A stretch of DNA of 64,000 nucleotides from the NCBI GenBank assembly GCA_951406725.2, contig OX597838.1, positions 33,666,001-33,730,000 of the forward strand. Direction: 5' to 3'. The position numbers and the translations under genes are program-made. This DNA is from Octopus vulgaris. Its lineage: Eukaryota. Positions 1 to 14,577 of this stretch are shown in pieces; the first letter of the stretch is position 1; every line of letters begins with the position of its first letter. The notes below the pieces were generated by a model that was not told the DNA's origin, did not search any database, and was given only the letters and a program-made list of their open reading frames with translations.

Positions 1-107
1 CTAGTAGGTAGATAGAGGCTACCTCATTGGCCCATTTAGAAAATTCAATAATTAGCTACAATGGAAGGCAGATGTCAACTAATTATTTTAGAATTTATCA
101 ACCATAT

Positions 108-512
108 AGGCGCAGGAGTGGCTGTGTGGTAAGTAGCTTGCTAACCAACCACATGGTTCCGTGTTCAGTCCCACTGCGTGGCATCTTGGGCAAGTGTCTT
201 CTACTATAGCCTCGGGCCGACCAATGCCTTGTAGTGGATTTGGTAGACGGAAACTGAAAGAAGCCCGTCGTATATATGTATATATATATATATATGCATG
301 TATGTGTTTGTGTGCCTGTGTTTGTCCCCCTAGCATTGCTTGACAACCGATGCTGGTGTGTTTACGTCCCCGTCACTTAGCGGTTCGGCAAAAAGAGACC
401 GATAGAATAAGTACTGGGCTTACAAAGAATAAGTCCCGGGGTCGATTTGCTCGACTAAAGGCGGTGCTCCAGCATGGCCGCAGTCAAATGACTGAAACAA
501 GTAAAAGAGAGT
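108..512 (+). mobile_element. tRNA-derived SINE family A, reference copy (~400 bp, internal (TA)n/(TG)n)
   Basis: A-box TGGCTGTGTGG, B-box GGTTCAGTCCC, core-like ccttgggcaagtg, central microsatellite, tail tgactgaaacaagtaaaagag. More than 35 copies or fragments in the window. Confidence 0.92.
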
Positions 513-786
513 TTGGAAGTAATTATAGAATTATCAAATGGAAGTATTACACCCACATACAACTATGTGTAAGTGTGTATGTACATAGATACGAATCACA
601 TACACACATTCATGTACAATCATCATCATTACCACATTCGTTTTTCCATGCAAGCATGGGTTGTATGAGACTTTTTGAGGCAGTGTATTACAGCCAAGTA
701 CCCTTGCTCGTGCCACTTGTTTAGTCACCTGTTATAATGCACAGATACAGAGTACCTATTCTAAAACCTAGATACTCATGTACTCA

Positions 787-893
787 AGAAGACCTCAAAT
801 CGCCAGGCCTGGTCGGCGTTTGTGAGAGATGCAGCACTGAGGATGAATGAAGCCAGTTCGACCCACCCCGGGTGAATGCTGTCAAGTCAAGTC
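787..893 (+). mobile_element. 3' end of a second RTE-type LINE
   Basis: KKTSNRQAWSAFVRDAALRMNEASSTHPG* followed by a (CAAGT)-type tail. Confidence 0.55.
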
Positions 894-1061
894 GACCCAT
901 CCTCCACAGCTGAAGTGTTAAGGCCACTGCCCCTCATGAAGAGGATTGGCCAGCAAGAGTCTTGTGCTGGTGCCACATAAAAAGCACTCCTGTTGATGCC
1001 ACATTAAAAGCACACAGCATACATTGTAAAGTGGTTGGTATTATGAAGGGCAGGCCTGCTG

Positions 1062-1290
1062 CGAGCTGGCAGAAACGTTAGCACGCCGGGCGAAATGCGT
1101 AGCTGTATTTCGTCTGCCATTACGTTGGGAGTTCAAACTCCGCCGAGGTCGACTTTGCCTTTCATCCTTTCGGGGTCGATAAATTAAGCACCAGTTATGC
1201 ACTGGGGTCGATGTAATCGACTTAATACCTATGTCTGTCCTTGTTTGTCCCTTCTGTGTTTAGCCCATTGTGGGCAATAAAGAAATACGT
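1062..1290 (+). mobile_element. tRNA-derived SINE family B (Meta/MESC-core-like), reference copy
   Basis: A-box TGGCAGAAACGTTAGC, B-box GAGTTCAAA(T/C)TCC. Core gtcgactttgcctttcatcctttcggggtcgataaattaagtaccag resembles the Meta/MESC SINE domain. Other copies at ~36655, 36852, 47997, 53120, 57570, 59185, 62835, 63480. Confidence 0.85.
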
Positions 1291-1640
1291 ATTATGAAGG
1301 GCATCGAGTCATAGAATACATAAACATACAACCAGCATTTACTCAAGCAATAGGGACTACATGCACTGACAAGAGACTAAGATCCAAAATCAGACATGGA
1401 CAACCTTTTTTTGAGAATTGGGCCACATGAGGCATGCTTCATCATCAGGTGAGCTACACTACTAAAAAAAAATTCAAAGTAATTTTTCGTCAGATGTGGC
1501 ATTCAGAAAGGCCCCCAGGCCACAGGTTGCCCGCGACTGCTCTACATATTAGGTCAACTTGCTAGAAATAGCAGCCAAATCTCTCTCAAATCGCCATGTA
1601 ATGTCCCTAAAACAGAAATTATACAATGTACACTATACAG

Positions 1641-1677
<37 letters not shown>

Positions 1678-2004
1678 AAAAGCAGTATGGACCCAGATGG
1701 AAAGCAGTTGATCATAGCTCTGCCCAATCACAGTTAACCTGGAGTTAAAAAACACCATCACCAACACAAATAAGCACAAGCTCAACCTGTTAAAAATAGC
1801 AGCTAAATCACACATGCTACAGTCTGATAAAAAACAGAAGGAACAACCTACATAGACATGGATACACCAAAAATGACAGCTGCAGCATCTTTGAAGGTAA
1901 ATCAGCTGCCCAACCAGGGTAGACCCAGGGCTAAATAAATGCAGCAACACTGGATGCAATAATGAAGTATTACAGAGACCATAAAATGTAATAGAGAGAG
2001 TTGA

Positions 2005-2104
2005 NNNNNNNNNNNNNNNNNNNNNNNNNNNNNNNNNNNNNNNNNNNNNNNNNNNNNNNNNNNNNNNNNNNNNNNNNNNNNNNNNNNNNNNNNNNNNNNN
2101 NNNN
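2005..2104. other. Assembly gap (100 N)
   Basis: Run of N. Confidence 1.
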
Positions 2105-2162
2105 AACCGCAGATCAGTTTGAAGCCACATGCAAAGAAATTTTATTTCTGCAGGGTGTTTTT

Positions 2163-2555
2163 GCGCAGGAGTGGCTGTGTGGTAAGTAGCTTGTTTACCA
2201 ACCACATGGTTCCGGGTTCAGTCCCACTGCGTGGCACCTTGGGCAAGTGTCTTCTACTATAGCCTCGGGCCGACCAAAGCCTTGTGAGTGGATTTGGTAG
2301 ACGGAAACTGAAAGAAGCCCGTCGTATATATGTATATATATATGCCTGTGTGTGTGTTTGTCCCCCTAGCATTGCTTGACAACCGATGCTGGTGTGTTTA
2401 CGTCCCCATTACTTGGCAGTTCGGCAAAGGAGACTGATAAAATAAGTACTGGGCTTACAAAAGAATAAGTCCCGGGGTCGAGTTGCTCGATTAAATACAG
2501 TGCTCCAGCATGGCCACAGTCAAATGACTGAAACACGTAAAAGAGTAGAGAGTAT
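2163..2555 (+). mobile_element. SINE family A
   Basis: Near-identical to 108-512. Confidence 0.9.
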
Positions 2556-2924
2556 TATAAATCTAATACATAAAGCACCCGGCACACTCTATAAAGTAAT
2601 CGGTGTTAGGAAGGGCACCCAGCCGTAGAAACCATGCCAAATCAGACTGGAGTTTGGTGCAGCTTCCTAACTCGCCAGCTCTGGTCAATCTGTCCGACCC
2701 ATGCTAGCATGGACAATGAACATTAAATGATGATAATGATGGTGATGACATACATAACATACATGTATGTATTATACAGGTGACACATGTATTATATCAT
2801 CGCTTTATGTCCGTTTTCCATGCTGGAATGAGTTGGACAGTTTGACCGGAGCTGGTCAGTTAGAGAGCTGCCTCGACTTGATTTGTCTGCTTTGACACAG
2901 AATGTACTGGATGAATTTTATGTG

Positions 2925-4394
2925 GCGCTGGCATGGGTACCTCATACGTATCACTGGCACAGGTACCTCATACATAGCACTGGCATGGGGACCTCATACA
3001 TAGCACTGGCATGGGGACCTCATACATAGCACTGGCATGGGGACCTCATACGTAGCACTGGCACGGGTACCTCATACGTAGCACTGGCACGGGTACCTCA
3101 TACATAGCACTGGCACGGGTACCTCATACATAGCACTGGCACGGGGACCTCATACATAGCACTGGCATGGGGACCTCATACATAGCACTGGCATGGGGAC
3201 CTCATACATAGCACTGGCATGGGGACCTCATACATAGCACTGGCATGGGTACCTCATACATAGCACTGGCATGGGTACCTCATACATAGCACTGGCATGG
3301 GTACCTCATACATAGCACTGGCATGGGGACCTCATACATAGCACTGGCATGGGTACCTCATACATAGCACTGGCATGGGTACCTCATACATAGCACTGGC
3401 ATGGGGACCTCATACATAGCACTGGCATGGGTACCTCATACATAGCACTGGCATGGGGACCTCATACATAGCACTGGCATGGGTACCTCATACATAGCAC
3501 TGGCATGGGGACCTCATACATAGCACTGGCATGGGGACCTCATACATAGCACTGGCATGGGGACCTCATACATAGCACTGGCATGGGGACCTCATACATA
3601 GCACTGGCATGGGTACCTCATACATGGCACTGGCATGGGGACCTCATACATGGCACTGGCATGGGTACCTCATACATAGCACTGGCATGGGGACCTCATA
3701 CATAGCACTGGCATGGGGACCTCATACATAGCACTGGCATGGGGACCTCATACATAGCACTGGCATGGGGACCTCATACATAGCACTGGCATGGGGACCT
3801 CATACATAGCACTGGCATGGGTACCTCATACATAGCACTGGCATGGGGACCTCATACATAGCACTGGCATGGGGACCTCATACATAGCACTGGCATGGGT
3901 ACCTCATACATAGCACTGGCATGGGTACCTCATACATAGCACTGGCATGGGGACCTCATACATAGCACTGGCATGGGGACCTCATACATAGCACTGGCAT
4001 GGGGACCTCATACATAGCACTGGCATGGGTACCTCATACATAGCACTGGCATGGGGACCTCATACATAGCACTGGCATGGGGACCTCATACATAGCACTG
4101 GCATGGGTACCTCATACATAGCACTGGCATGGGGACCTCATACATAGCACTGGCATGGGGACCTCATACATAGCACTGGCATGGGGACCTCATACATAGC
4201 ACTGGCATGGGGACCTCATACATAGCACTGGCATGGGTACCTCATACATAGCACTGGCATGGGGAGCTCATACATAGCACTGGCATGGGGACCTCATACA
4301 TAGCACTGGCATGGGGACCTCATACATAGCACTGGCATGGGGACCTCATACATAGCACTGGCATGGGGACCTCATACATAGCACTGGCATGGGT
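2925..4394. repeat. 26-bp minisatellite, ~56 copies (tagcactggcatggg[g/t]acctcataca)
   Basis: Direct period-26 tandem array. Confidence 0.97.
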
Positions 4395-4789
4395 GCTTTT
4401 TACACAGAGCTAACACAAAGGTAAAGAGCTAAGGTGATGATGACTGGAATACCTGAATTCAGTTCTATTTAAATAGAGTTAACAAGAGTTAAACAAAAAT
4501 CAGCTTTCAAGGTGCTGCTACATGATCAATCAAAGTATTAGAAATGGCAGCCAAACCTCCCTCAACACACAATTTACTATTTTTTAAAAATAAATGCATT
4601 AAACAATGCCATCCTCGATACACTGCACCCACCACCCAAATGATGAGGTGGTCATCTCGCTCTGAGCTTATCTAGAACTAAATATTTGTCACTCGGGTAA
4701 CTAGAAATAGCAGCTGACTCTTCTTCAAATCACATCATACTGAATAAAAAAAGGAGAAGAACAAGCCTTGACTATAATCCTAGATACAC

Positions 4790-5175
4790 TCTCTTTTTCT
4801 TTTTTCTCTTTTACTTGTTTCAGTCATTTGACTGCGGCCATGCTGGAGCACCGCCTTTAGTCGAGCAAATCGACCCAGGGACTTATTCTTTGTAAGCCCA
4901 GTACTTATTCTATCGGCCTCTTTTTGCCAAACCGCTAAGTGATGGGGACGTAAACATACCAGCATCGGTTGTCAAGCAATGCTAGGGAGACAAACACATA
5001 CACACACATACATATATATACATATATACGACAGGCTTCTTTCAGTTTCCGTCTACCAAATCCACTCACAAGGCATTGGTCGGCCTGGGGCTATAGCAGA
5101 AGACACTCGCCCAAGATGCCATGCAGTGGGACTGAACCCGGAACCATGTGGTCGGTTAGCAAGCCACTCCTGCAC
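4790..5175 (-). mobile_element. SINE family A
   Basis: Reverse-complement copy with a short deletion in the head. Confidence 0.9.
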
Positions 5176-5524
5176 CTGTGTATCTTTTATATCTTTAATC
5201 TTTCAAGGTAGTGCCCCATGTTGGGTTTTAGTCAAACGAATCAACCCCAGTAGTTATTTTATTTTTAAGCCTGGTACTTATACTATCAAACCCTTTTTGA
5301 TGAACCGCTAATTTACAAGGATGTAAACAAACAAATGCCGGTCGTCAAAGGTAGTGGGGGGGGCAAACGCAAATGCACACACAAGGCAGGCTTCTTTCGG
5401 TTTCCATCTACCAAATCCAATCACATGCTTTTGGTTGGCCTGGGATTAAAAGTAAGGTGCTGAACAGTGTAACTGAACTCAGAACCATATGACTACAAAG
5501 CAGACATCTTAACCACACAGCTAT

Positions 5525-5925
5525 ACTCTTTACCCTCTTTTACTAGTTTCAGTCATTTGACTGCGGCCATGCTGGAGCACCGCCTTTAATCGAGCAACTC
5601 GACCCCGGCACTTATTCTTTTGTAAGCCCAGTACTTATTCTATCGGTCTCTTTTGCCGAACCGCTAAGTAACGGGGACGTAAACACACCAGCATTGGTTG
5701 TCAAGCAATGCTAGGGGGACAAACACAGACAAACAAACATATATATATATATACATATATACGACGGGCTTCTTTCAGTTTCCGTCTACCAAATCCACTC
5801 ACAAGGCATTGGTCGGCCCGGGGCTATAGCAGAAGACACTTGCCCAAGGTGCCACACAGAGGGACTGAACCCGGAACCCTGTGGTTGGTTAGCAAGCTAC
5901 TTACCACACAGCCACTCCTGTGCCT
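5525..5925 (-). mobile_element. SINE family A
   Basis: Reverse-complement full-length copy. Confidence 0.9.
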
Positions 5926-6942
5926 ATGCTTGCACCCATAAATAAAATAAATTTTCAAAACAGTCATAATGGTCGCTGTTAGAAGTGTCTGATCAAGGCC
6001 AACCTGAGGCTATAAACAACATCAACAACAACAAGTCCAACAAGTGTGTGAAATACAAAAGCTGCAAAACTATTTTGATAAAAAGAAGGTAGACATGAGT
6101 TACGATGGGAAAAGTTGTTGGATTTTCACAAATAGCAGCTCGTTCGTAGCGAAAGAGAAAGGAAATTGAATGAATGAGAGTGAGAGAGTGTACCTGGAAG
6201 GGTTGGCATAGCTGCCCCGCTCGAAGTCCCATACCTCATGGGAAAAGAAAAAGTCACAGTAGTAGATAGAGGTCGGGTGGGAGGAGAGCAAAACAAAAAA
6301 AGAAACGAAAAGATTTTTTTTACAATTTTTTTTTTTATTTCCTACCAGAATCTTTACTGTTGAAAGAAACAGGAATATTAAAATTTTAAAAAAATGAATG
6401 TGTGTGGGGGGGGGTCTGTGTTTGTCCCCCCCCCCTAGCATTGCTTGACAACCGATGCTGGTGTGTTTATGTCCCCGTCACTTAGCGGTTCGGCAAAAGA
6501 GACCGATAGAATAAGTACTGGGCTTACAAAAAAATAAGTCCCGGGGGTCGAGTTGCTCGACTAAAGGCGGTGCTCTAGCATGGTCGCAGTCAAATCACTG
6601 AAACAAGTAAAAAGAGTAAAGAGTAAGAGAAAGTGATGGACGACCATTTTCCTTTCCCGTGCAATGTGGAACTTCGAAGGACCACACGCTACACGTACCT
6701 ATATCGCGCGCGCGCGCGTGTGTGTGTATTTAAAAGTTATTTTAAAATCGAATTTATTTGTAAACAAGAAATGAAAAAAAAAAAAACACCAAAGACCTAA
6801 TTAGAAATATGTGTCATTATGTTGTGAGAGACGAAAACACCAAGGGACGGGGGGGGGGGGGGCAGTAAAAATGTCCGTATTTTTACCGTTGCACAAAACC
6901 AAACGAATTTATCCATTTCGCCGCCACTTTATTATTTTTTTC

Positions 6943-7367
6943 GGCGATCTTTCGTCTCTAGTAGATCTTTCCGTCGATTTCCGTAAAAAAATTTTTGTTT
7001 TTTTATATATGGGCTTGCGGGAACTTTAGAAGTAATATACATACATATACACATACACCGGGAAAAAATTTTCAGTTATCTCTTTCTTTCACACATTACT
7101 CTGTCTCTTCACACATACTAACAGAAGCACTTCACTTACACAACATACTGTCTGTATCCCACACCCCATCAAACACACACACACACACACATGTACATCA
7201 ATGCTCCCATGCACGCTAACTTCAAAAGAACTTCCCTCGTCATACAATCGCTTTCTCTTAGTCTCTTTCGCTCTCATTACTTCAGAAGTTCCTGCAAGCC
7301 CATATGTAAAAAAAAAAATTTTTTGACGGAAATCGACGGAAAGGTCTACTAGAGACGAAAGATTGCC
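6943..7367. mobile_element. Mutator-like MITE
   Basis: ~88-bp TIRs (6943-7030 / 7284-7367) with GG...CC ends; attattttttt-like direct repeat on both flanks. Confidence 0.75.
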
Positions 7368-7814
7368 ATTATTTTTTTTTTTCCTTAAATATTATTTCAT
7401 GAACGGATGTTCCATTTTTAGTTGAAGTAAGCAAGAAGAGAGACTCCAGTGATATCTGGTCTACCTTACAGACAGACCTGCCAACAATACCGACAGAGCC
7501 AACCTTTAAACAAAGAGTTTTCTATGTGCCCGCTAACAGGACCTGCTAGAAACAGCAGCCAAATAATCCTCAAATCAGAGACTATTGCCGTTTTAAATAA
7601 AAACAAAGGACACATTGGATAATGTAGTCCAAGTCCTACATATCACGCGGGGTGGGGTGGGGTGGAATCTGATAGTAAACCTGCAGAATTCGAGAAATGT
7701 ACCGATGGTAGAAATTACAAACGGATCAAACAATGAAAAGACATTTTTTTACGAGAAAGAAAATAAAGACTATAGTTTATCTTCAGAGGACAGAAACACA
7801 AAGTTCTCATGAAT

Positions 7815-8012
7815 AGACGCAAGTATAGGGGTGTGGTAATAAGTTTACTTTCCAAGCACATGGTTCCTGGTTCAGTCCCACTGCGTGGAACCTTGGGCAA
7901 GCGTCTTCTTCTATAGCCCCGAACAGACTAAAACCTCTGGAGAGAGAATCTGGTAGGCGGGCGGAAACTTAAAGAAACCAGTCATATATATACATACATA
8001 TATATATATACA

Positions 8013-8086
<74 letters not shown>

Positions 8087-8124
8087 CATACATATATACA
8101 TACATATATATATATACATACATA

Positions 8125-8184
<60 letters not shown>

Positions 8185-8247
8185 CATACATATATACATA
8201 CATATATATATATACATACATATATATATATACATACATATATATAT

Positions 8248-8290
<43 letters not shown>

Positions 8291-8383
8291 AACATACATA
8301 TATATATATACACACATATATATATACACACACATATATATATACACATACATATATATACACACATACATATATATATATAC

Positions 8384-8436
<53 letters not shown>

Positions 8437-8454
8437 CATATACATACATACATA

Positions 8455-8486
<32 letters not shown>

Positions 8487-8515
8487 CATATATATACATA
8501 CATACATATATATAC

Positions 8516-8563
<48 letters not shown>

Positions 8564-8729
8564 ACATACATACATATATATATATACATACATATATATA
8601 TACATACATATATATATACATACATATATATATACATACATATATATATATACATACATATATATATACATACATATATATATACATACATATATATATA
8701 CATACATATATATATACATACATATATAT

Positions 8730-8768
<39 letters not shown>

Positions 8769-9062
8769 ACATACATATATATATATATACACACATATAT
8801 ATATACATATATATATATACACATACATATATATATATATACACATATATAATGTATGTATGTAGGTGTATGTTTGTCTCTCACTACCGCTTGACAACCG
8901 GTGTTGGTTTCTTTACGTCCCAGTAATTGGGCGATTCAGCAAAAGGGACCGACAAGGCTTTAAAAAGAAATAAGTACTGAGATGGATTCATTTGACTAAA
9001 AACCCTTCAAGGCAGTGCCCCAGCGTGACCGCAAGCCCAGCGACTGAAACCAATAAAAGGAT
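7815..9062 (+). mobile_element. Diverged SINE family A with expanded internal microsatellite
   Basis: Head 7815-7983 and tail 8870-9062 flank ~880 bp of (TA)n/(TACA)n. Confidence 0.85.
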
Positions 9063-10778
9063 TTAAAAAAAAAAAAAGACGAAAAGATAGGTTGCAAAGT
9101 GCATTTGATCAAAGCTGACCCGGGCCTAGGGTTTAATAAACGGCCACAACAAATTAACGAAGGGGGGCGGCGAGACCTTATTACCACTTGAAGGCATGTC
9201 GACTTAACCCCTTGCTCGTCCCAAAGCATTTTTCTAAAGTTTATCCAAAACGCCCACGCTGGTTTTCAGGCTCTAAAGCTAGTCCTTTGTTCCGTGCGTT
9301 GAGTAATATGAGGCTTTCCTTGCACGGGGGCCCGAGTTACTCTAATGGTTGAAAATCAAAATCGGTAATGTGTATTATGTATGAAGCATGACGAGAGGCA
9401 AACATGTCCGAGTGTATATTAATTACATGTGCTTCACAGGAGATGCAAAGGTTCATTTTTTAAAAAAAAATACGGTTGCTAAAACTACTACCGTAATTTA
9501 TATATTTAATTGTTCGTACAACTGTAGAGTCCCCCTCTCTCCCTTAATAATTTGATCCTCAACACTGTTAAACAAAGAAAATACAGAATTTTCCGTCGAT
9601 TTGTTCGACTAAAGGCGGTGCTCCAGCATAGCCGCAGTCAAATGACTGATACAAAATAATAATAGAATACACACACACACACACGTGAGCGTGTCTGTGT
9701 TTGCCCCCCCCCCTCCACCGCTTTGACAACCGGTATTGGTTTGTTTACGTCCCCGTGACTTAGTGGTTGGGGGGGGGGGAAGAAACCAACAGAATAAGTA
9801 TCAGGCTTTAAAAAAAATTAAACACTAGGGACGAATTTTTGCGACTAAACCCTTTTTAAGGTGGGGGGGCCCCAGCATGGTTCGAACCCATGACTGCAAC
9901 GAGTAAAAGATTTAAAAGGAAAAAAAAACATTGAAACTCTTATTCTATAATGAATATTTTGGTTAGAACGACGGTAGCTGAAAAATCTTTGATTAATAAA
10001 TTGGTCAGAAATTATAAGCAACGAGGAACAATACATTGAGTACCATAGTTCGGGGGCGTGGGGGCGTGGTGGTCATGGTTGGAACAGCAAATGGCTAAAG
10101 AAATCGAGGAATCGCGTTGTTACTGTTGCGTCATTTCCTTTCTTTTGGTGCTTGAGAGGCTTCCACTAATAAAGAAACATTTCTTCCAACCGATATGGGA
10201 GTGTGTGTGTGTATGAAGGGGAGGAATTCCAACTGCTAGAAATAGCAACCAAATTTACTACAAATCACATTCTATATTCCTTAAATATATAACCAACCAG
10301 TTATGCACTGGGGTCGATGTAATCAACTTAATCCGTCTGTCTGTCCTTGTTTGTCCCCTCTGTGTTTAGCCCCTTGTTGGTAGTAAAGAAATAGATAGAT
10401 ATTCATTGTGAAGGCCCTCGGACTTTTATTTTTATGTTTCAATTCGTCCTGTTCACCACCGCTTGACAGCCGGTGCTGGTTTGTTTACGTCAACGTAACT
10501 TAGCAGTTCGGTAAAATACACAAATACAAGTACCTGTCATTTAAAAAAAAAAAAAATCCTGGGGTCGATTTGTTCGACTAAACGCATTCAAGGCAGTGTC
10601 CCCCAGGATGACTGTGGTCCAAACAAATGAAAGATAATGCCCAGGAACAAGACCTGCTAAAAACAGCAGCTAACTGATTCGATACGTAGACTGATGATCG
10701 ACATACAATTTACCGAAAAAAAGGTGAACGCAAAAACGGTTGCTTCAATGAACAATGGAAATATAGCAAATATTACTA

Positions 10779-11146
10779 TCTTTTACTTGTTTCAGTCATT
10801 TGACTGTGGCCATGCTGGAGCACCGCCTTTAGTCGAGCAAATCGACCCCAGGAATCATTCTTTGTTAGCCTAGTACTTATTCTATCGGTCTCTTTTTGCC
10901 GAACCGCTAACTTACAGGGACGTAAACACACGAGCACAGAGAGACACAGACGCACAAACATACACACACATACATACATACGACGGGCTTCTTTCAGTTT
11001 CTATCTACCAAATCCACTCACAAGGCTTTGGTCGGCCCGAGGCTATAGTAGAAGACACTTGCCCAAGGTACCACACGCAGTGGGACTGAACCCGAAATCA
11101 TGTGGTTCGTGAGCAAGCTACTTACCACACAGCCACTCCTCCGCCT
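10779..11146 (-). mobile_element. SINE family A
   Basis: Reverse-complement copy. Confidence 0.88.
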
Positions 11147-11655
11147 ATTATTTATATTAAATTTCTCTAGAAAAGATTTTTGAAATAAAACCTTATTTAT
11201 TAAAATTGAAAAAAATCAGCGTAGTGTATGAGTGTCGAGTTTATATTTAGTTTAAAAACCGATCTTTTAAAACATAAATTACATATTTATTTCATTGTAA
11301 ATAGCTGCTCCATAATATGGGGTCATATCGAAGTGTAACTCCCAGGAATATTTTGATTGCAGCCACGGTGAAGGCCACAAATGGACCTCCAATATATGTG
11401 TATTACATAAGAATTAAATTATAAAATGCAAACAAGGAAACAGTATTTCGTTTCGCAAACAAGTGTATTTGTGCCTTACTTTTTGTGTTAGCAGTGCAAT
11501 ATTTTCACAAGTTTATCTCTACAAATTTACTTCAGAATTCAGAAATTGACAATGTTGTCCTTGACATGCTATAAAGTCTCCCCCAACCAGACATAGCAAC
11601 CATATCTCCCTGGCATCACACTTCACTGTCTTAAAAAAGATACAAAGATAGACAT

Positions 11656-12056
11656 AGGCGCAGGAGTGGCTGTGTGGTAAGTAGCTTGTTTACCAACCAC
11701 ATGGTTCCGGGTTCAGTCCCACTGCGTGGCACCCTGGGCAAGTGTCTTCTACTATAGCCTCGGGCTGACCAAAGCCTTGTGAGTGGATTTGGAAGGCGGA
11801 AACTGAAAGAAGCCCGTCGTATATATGTATATGCGTGTGTATGTTTGTGTGTCTGTGTTTGTCCCCCTAGCATTGCTTGACAACCGATGCTGGTGTGTTT
11901 ACGTCCCCGTCACTTAGCGGTTTGGCAAAAGAGATCGATAGAATAAGTACTGGGCTTACAATAGAATAAGTCCCGGGGTTGATTTGCTCGATTAAAGGCG
12001 GTGCTCCAGCATGGCCGCAGTCAAATGACTGTAACAAGTAAAAGAATAAAAGAATA
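11656..12056 (+). mobile_element. SINE family A
   Basis: Full-length copy. Confidence 0.9.
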
Positions 12057-12647
12057 TTAGCAGAAATACCCAGCACTACCAAAGGTCAGTGGATCAAAGA
12101 AACATCATACAGCAACCGGCTGGCAATCATTAGAAACAACTTAGTGAGATATGTGACTATAATTTCTCAATCACTTGTTGAGTTCAAAGACAGAGAAAAT
12201 AATATTTTTCATTTTGATCATTGCTGCTGTGATAAGACCATCAAGAAGTCCAACTTTTGAAGTACCATCATGAAACTGATGTGAAAACAGACTTTCAAGT
12301 AGTCCTTGTATTTACCACATTCAGGTACGGGCATGGCACCCTGGGCAAGTGCCTTCCACTCTAGTTCTGGATCACCCAAAGCCTTGCGAGTGAATTTGGC
12401 AGATGGAAACTAAGAAGAGCCTGTCGTGTGTGTGTATACACACACAGAGAACATTTTATGAACAAACACGTCAGGGGCTGCTTAACTTCATGGTACAGAG
12501 CCCTCAGCTGGTATCTACCAGACACAAGGTTCAATTCCCCAGTCGCCTGCAGGCAACTCTTTTTCATTTTCTAAGGCTAAAATACCCAATCTTTCTCTCA
12601 GCTGTCTTCACACCCTGAGATAAATATATATATATATATATATATAT

Positions 12648-12878
12648 TTTTCTTTACTACCCACAAGGGGCTAAACACAGAGGGAACAAACAAGGACAGA
12701 CAAAGGGATTGTGTCGATTACATCGACCCCAGTGCATAACTGCTACTTAATTTATCGACCCCGAAAGGATGAAAGGCAAAGTCGACCTCGGCGGAATTTG
12801 AACTCGGAACGTAACGACAGACGAAATACGGCTACGCAGGTCGCCCAGTGTGCTAACGTTTCTGCCAGCTTGCCGCCT
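12648..12878 (-). mobile_element. SINE family B
   Basis: Reverse-complement full copy in a (TA)n context. Confidence 0.88.
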
Positions 12879-13382
12879 TTAATATATATATAAAGGTAAA
12901 GACCTCCTTCGCTCATGAATGACTGTGAGATTGCACCTAGAAGTACCCCTCCAAGACCAAGCAAGGTTGTTTATGGAAGACCAGCAGTCGGCTATGCATA
13001 TCGGCCACCTCTCTCCACGCCACCAATATTACCGAAGAGAAAGGCAAAGGCCAACACAGCTTAGCACCAGTGACATTGCAACTCATTTCTACAGCTGAGT
13101 GAACTGGAGCAACGTGAAATAAAGTGTCTTGCTCAAGAACACAACACAGCCTAATCCAGGAATTGAACTCAGTGGTTAGGATGTACTAACCACTGAGTCA
13201 TGCAACTTCCTATAGATACATATATAAATGTACATACATACACAACACACACACACACGTGTTTGTGTGTGGGTGTATTCGTCTTGATGTCACATGATCG
13301 TTGCAAATGAATGCCGTTCATTTCAAAACTTCCTCAGGACCATGTCTGGCCATGGGGAAATCTTATCTTGTTTGGATACAAG

Positions 13383-13778
13383 CATAGGTATAGGAGTGGC
13401 TGTGTGGTAAGTAGCTTGCTTACCAACTACATGGTTCTGGGTTTGTTCCCACTGCGTGGCACCTTGGGTAAGTGTCTTCTACTATAGCCTCAAGTCAACC
13501 AAAGCCTTGTGAGTGGATTTGGTAGACGGAAACTGAAAGAAGCTCGTCGTATGTATATATATATGTGTGTGTTTGTGTGTCTGTGTTTGTCCCCCCAACA
13601 TCGCTTGACAACCGATGCTGTTGTGTTTACGTCCCCGTAACTTAGTGGTTCAGCAAAAGAGACCGATAGAATAAGTACTAGGCTTACAAAGAATAAGTCC
13701 TGGGGGTAAATTTGCTCGACTAAAAGGTGGTGCTCCAGCATAGCCACAGTCAAATGACTGAAACAAGTAAAAGAGTAA
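13383..13778 (+). mobile_element. SINE family A
   Basis: Full-length copy. Confidence 0.9.
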
Positions 13779-14199
13779 GGCTCAGGGACATGAAGGGCAT
13801 CCTACCGCTGAAAATTTGCTTCTCTCCAACCCATGCCAGCATCAAAAAGTGGATCTGATGATGATGTTGATTCAACGTTCAGTAACCGCTTGAAGTGTCT
13901 TGATGGTGTATCATAGCAAAGATGGGAGTCGGAAAGGAAATTGATCCTTTAACATTCAGATTTCTTTGTCAAATGTAACGCATATTTATTCACATTGTTT
14001 TGAATCGATCATGCACTACATCGTGGCTTTGAGGTTTCAATGTTATTTTCAACGTTTATATTTAAAATGACATTGTAGGGTAGGTGTGAGAGGCCAGATG
14101 TGGCTTAACTTGAAGCTAAAAAAGAATGTTTTGACTGGATACAGCTAGTTTAAATGCCAAAGGGCCTAAATTCAAACAGTAGGTCAGTCTCACAGATAC

Positions 14200-14577
14200 T
14201 TGCTTCAGTCATTTGACTGCGGCCATGCTGGAGCACCGCCTTTAGTCGAGCAAATCAACCACGGGACTTATTCTTTGTAAGCCCAGTACTTATTCTATCG
14301 GTCTCTTTTGCCGAACCGCTAGCTGACGGGGACGTAAACACACCAGCATCGGTTGTCAAGCAATGCTAGGGGGACAAACACACACACATATATATATATA
14401 TATACATATATACGATAGGCTTTTTCAGTTTCCGTCTACCAAATCCACTCACAAGGCATTGGTCGGCCCGAAGCTATAGCAGAAGACACTTGCCCAAGAT
14501 GCCACGCAGTGGGACTGAACCCGGAACCATGTGGTTGGTTAGCAAGCTACTTTACCACACAGCCACTCCTGCGCCTA
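14200..14577 (-). mobile_element. SINE family A
   Basis: Reverse-complement copy. Confidence 0.9.

Noticed and set aside
88-724. Recurrent MLGGQTQ.../MLVCLRPR... ORFs that look like a gene family
   Set aside because: All are translations of SINE family A
2925-4394. CRISPR-like array
   Set aside because: Head-to-tail tandem units with no unique spacers, no cas genes, eukaryotic context
6194-6234. Possible minus-strand micro-exon (VWDFERGSYANPSR) or miR-31-like gttggcatagctg
   Set aside because: Atypical GAG acceptor, weak donor and no similarity to BAZ1A; the miRNA seed and a hairpin partner are absent
7911-8897. Longest ORFs (290-328 aa, Y/I/M/C/V-rich)
   Set aside because: Translations of the (TA)/(TACA) microsatellite, open in all three frames
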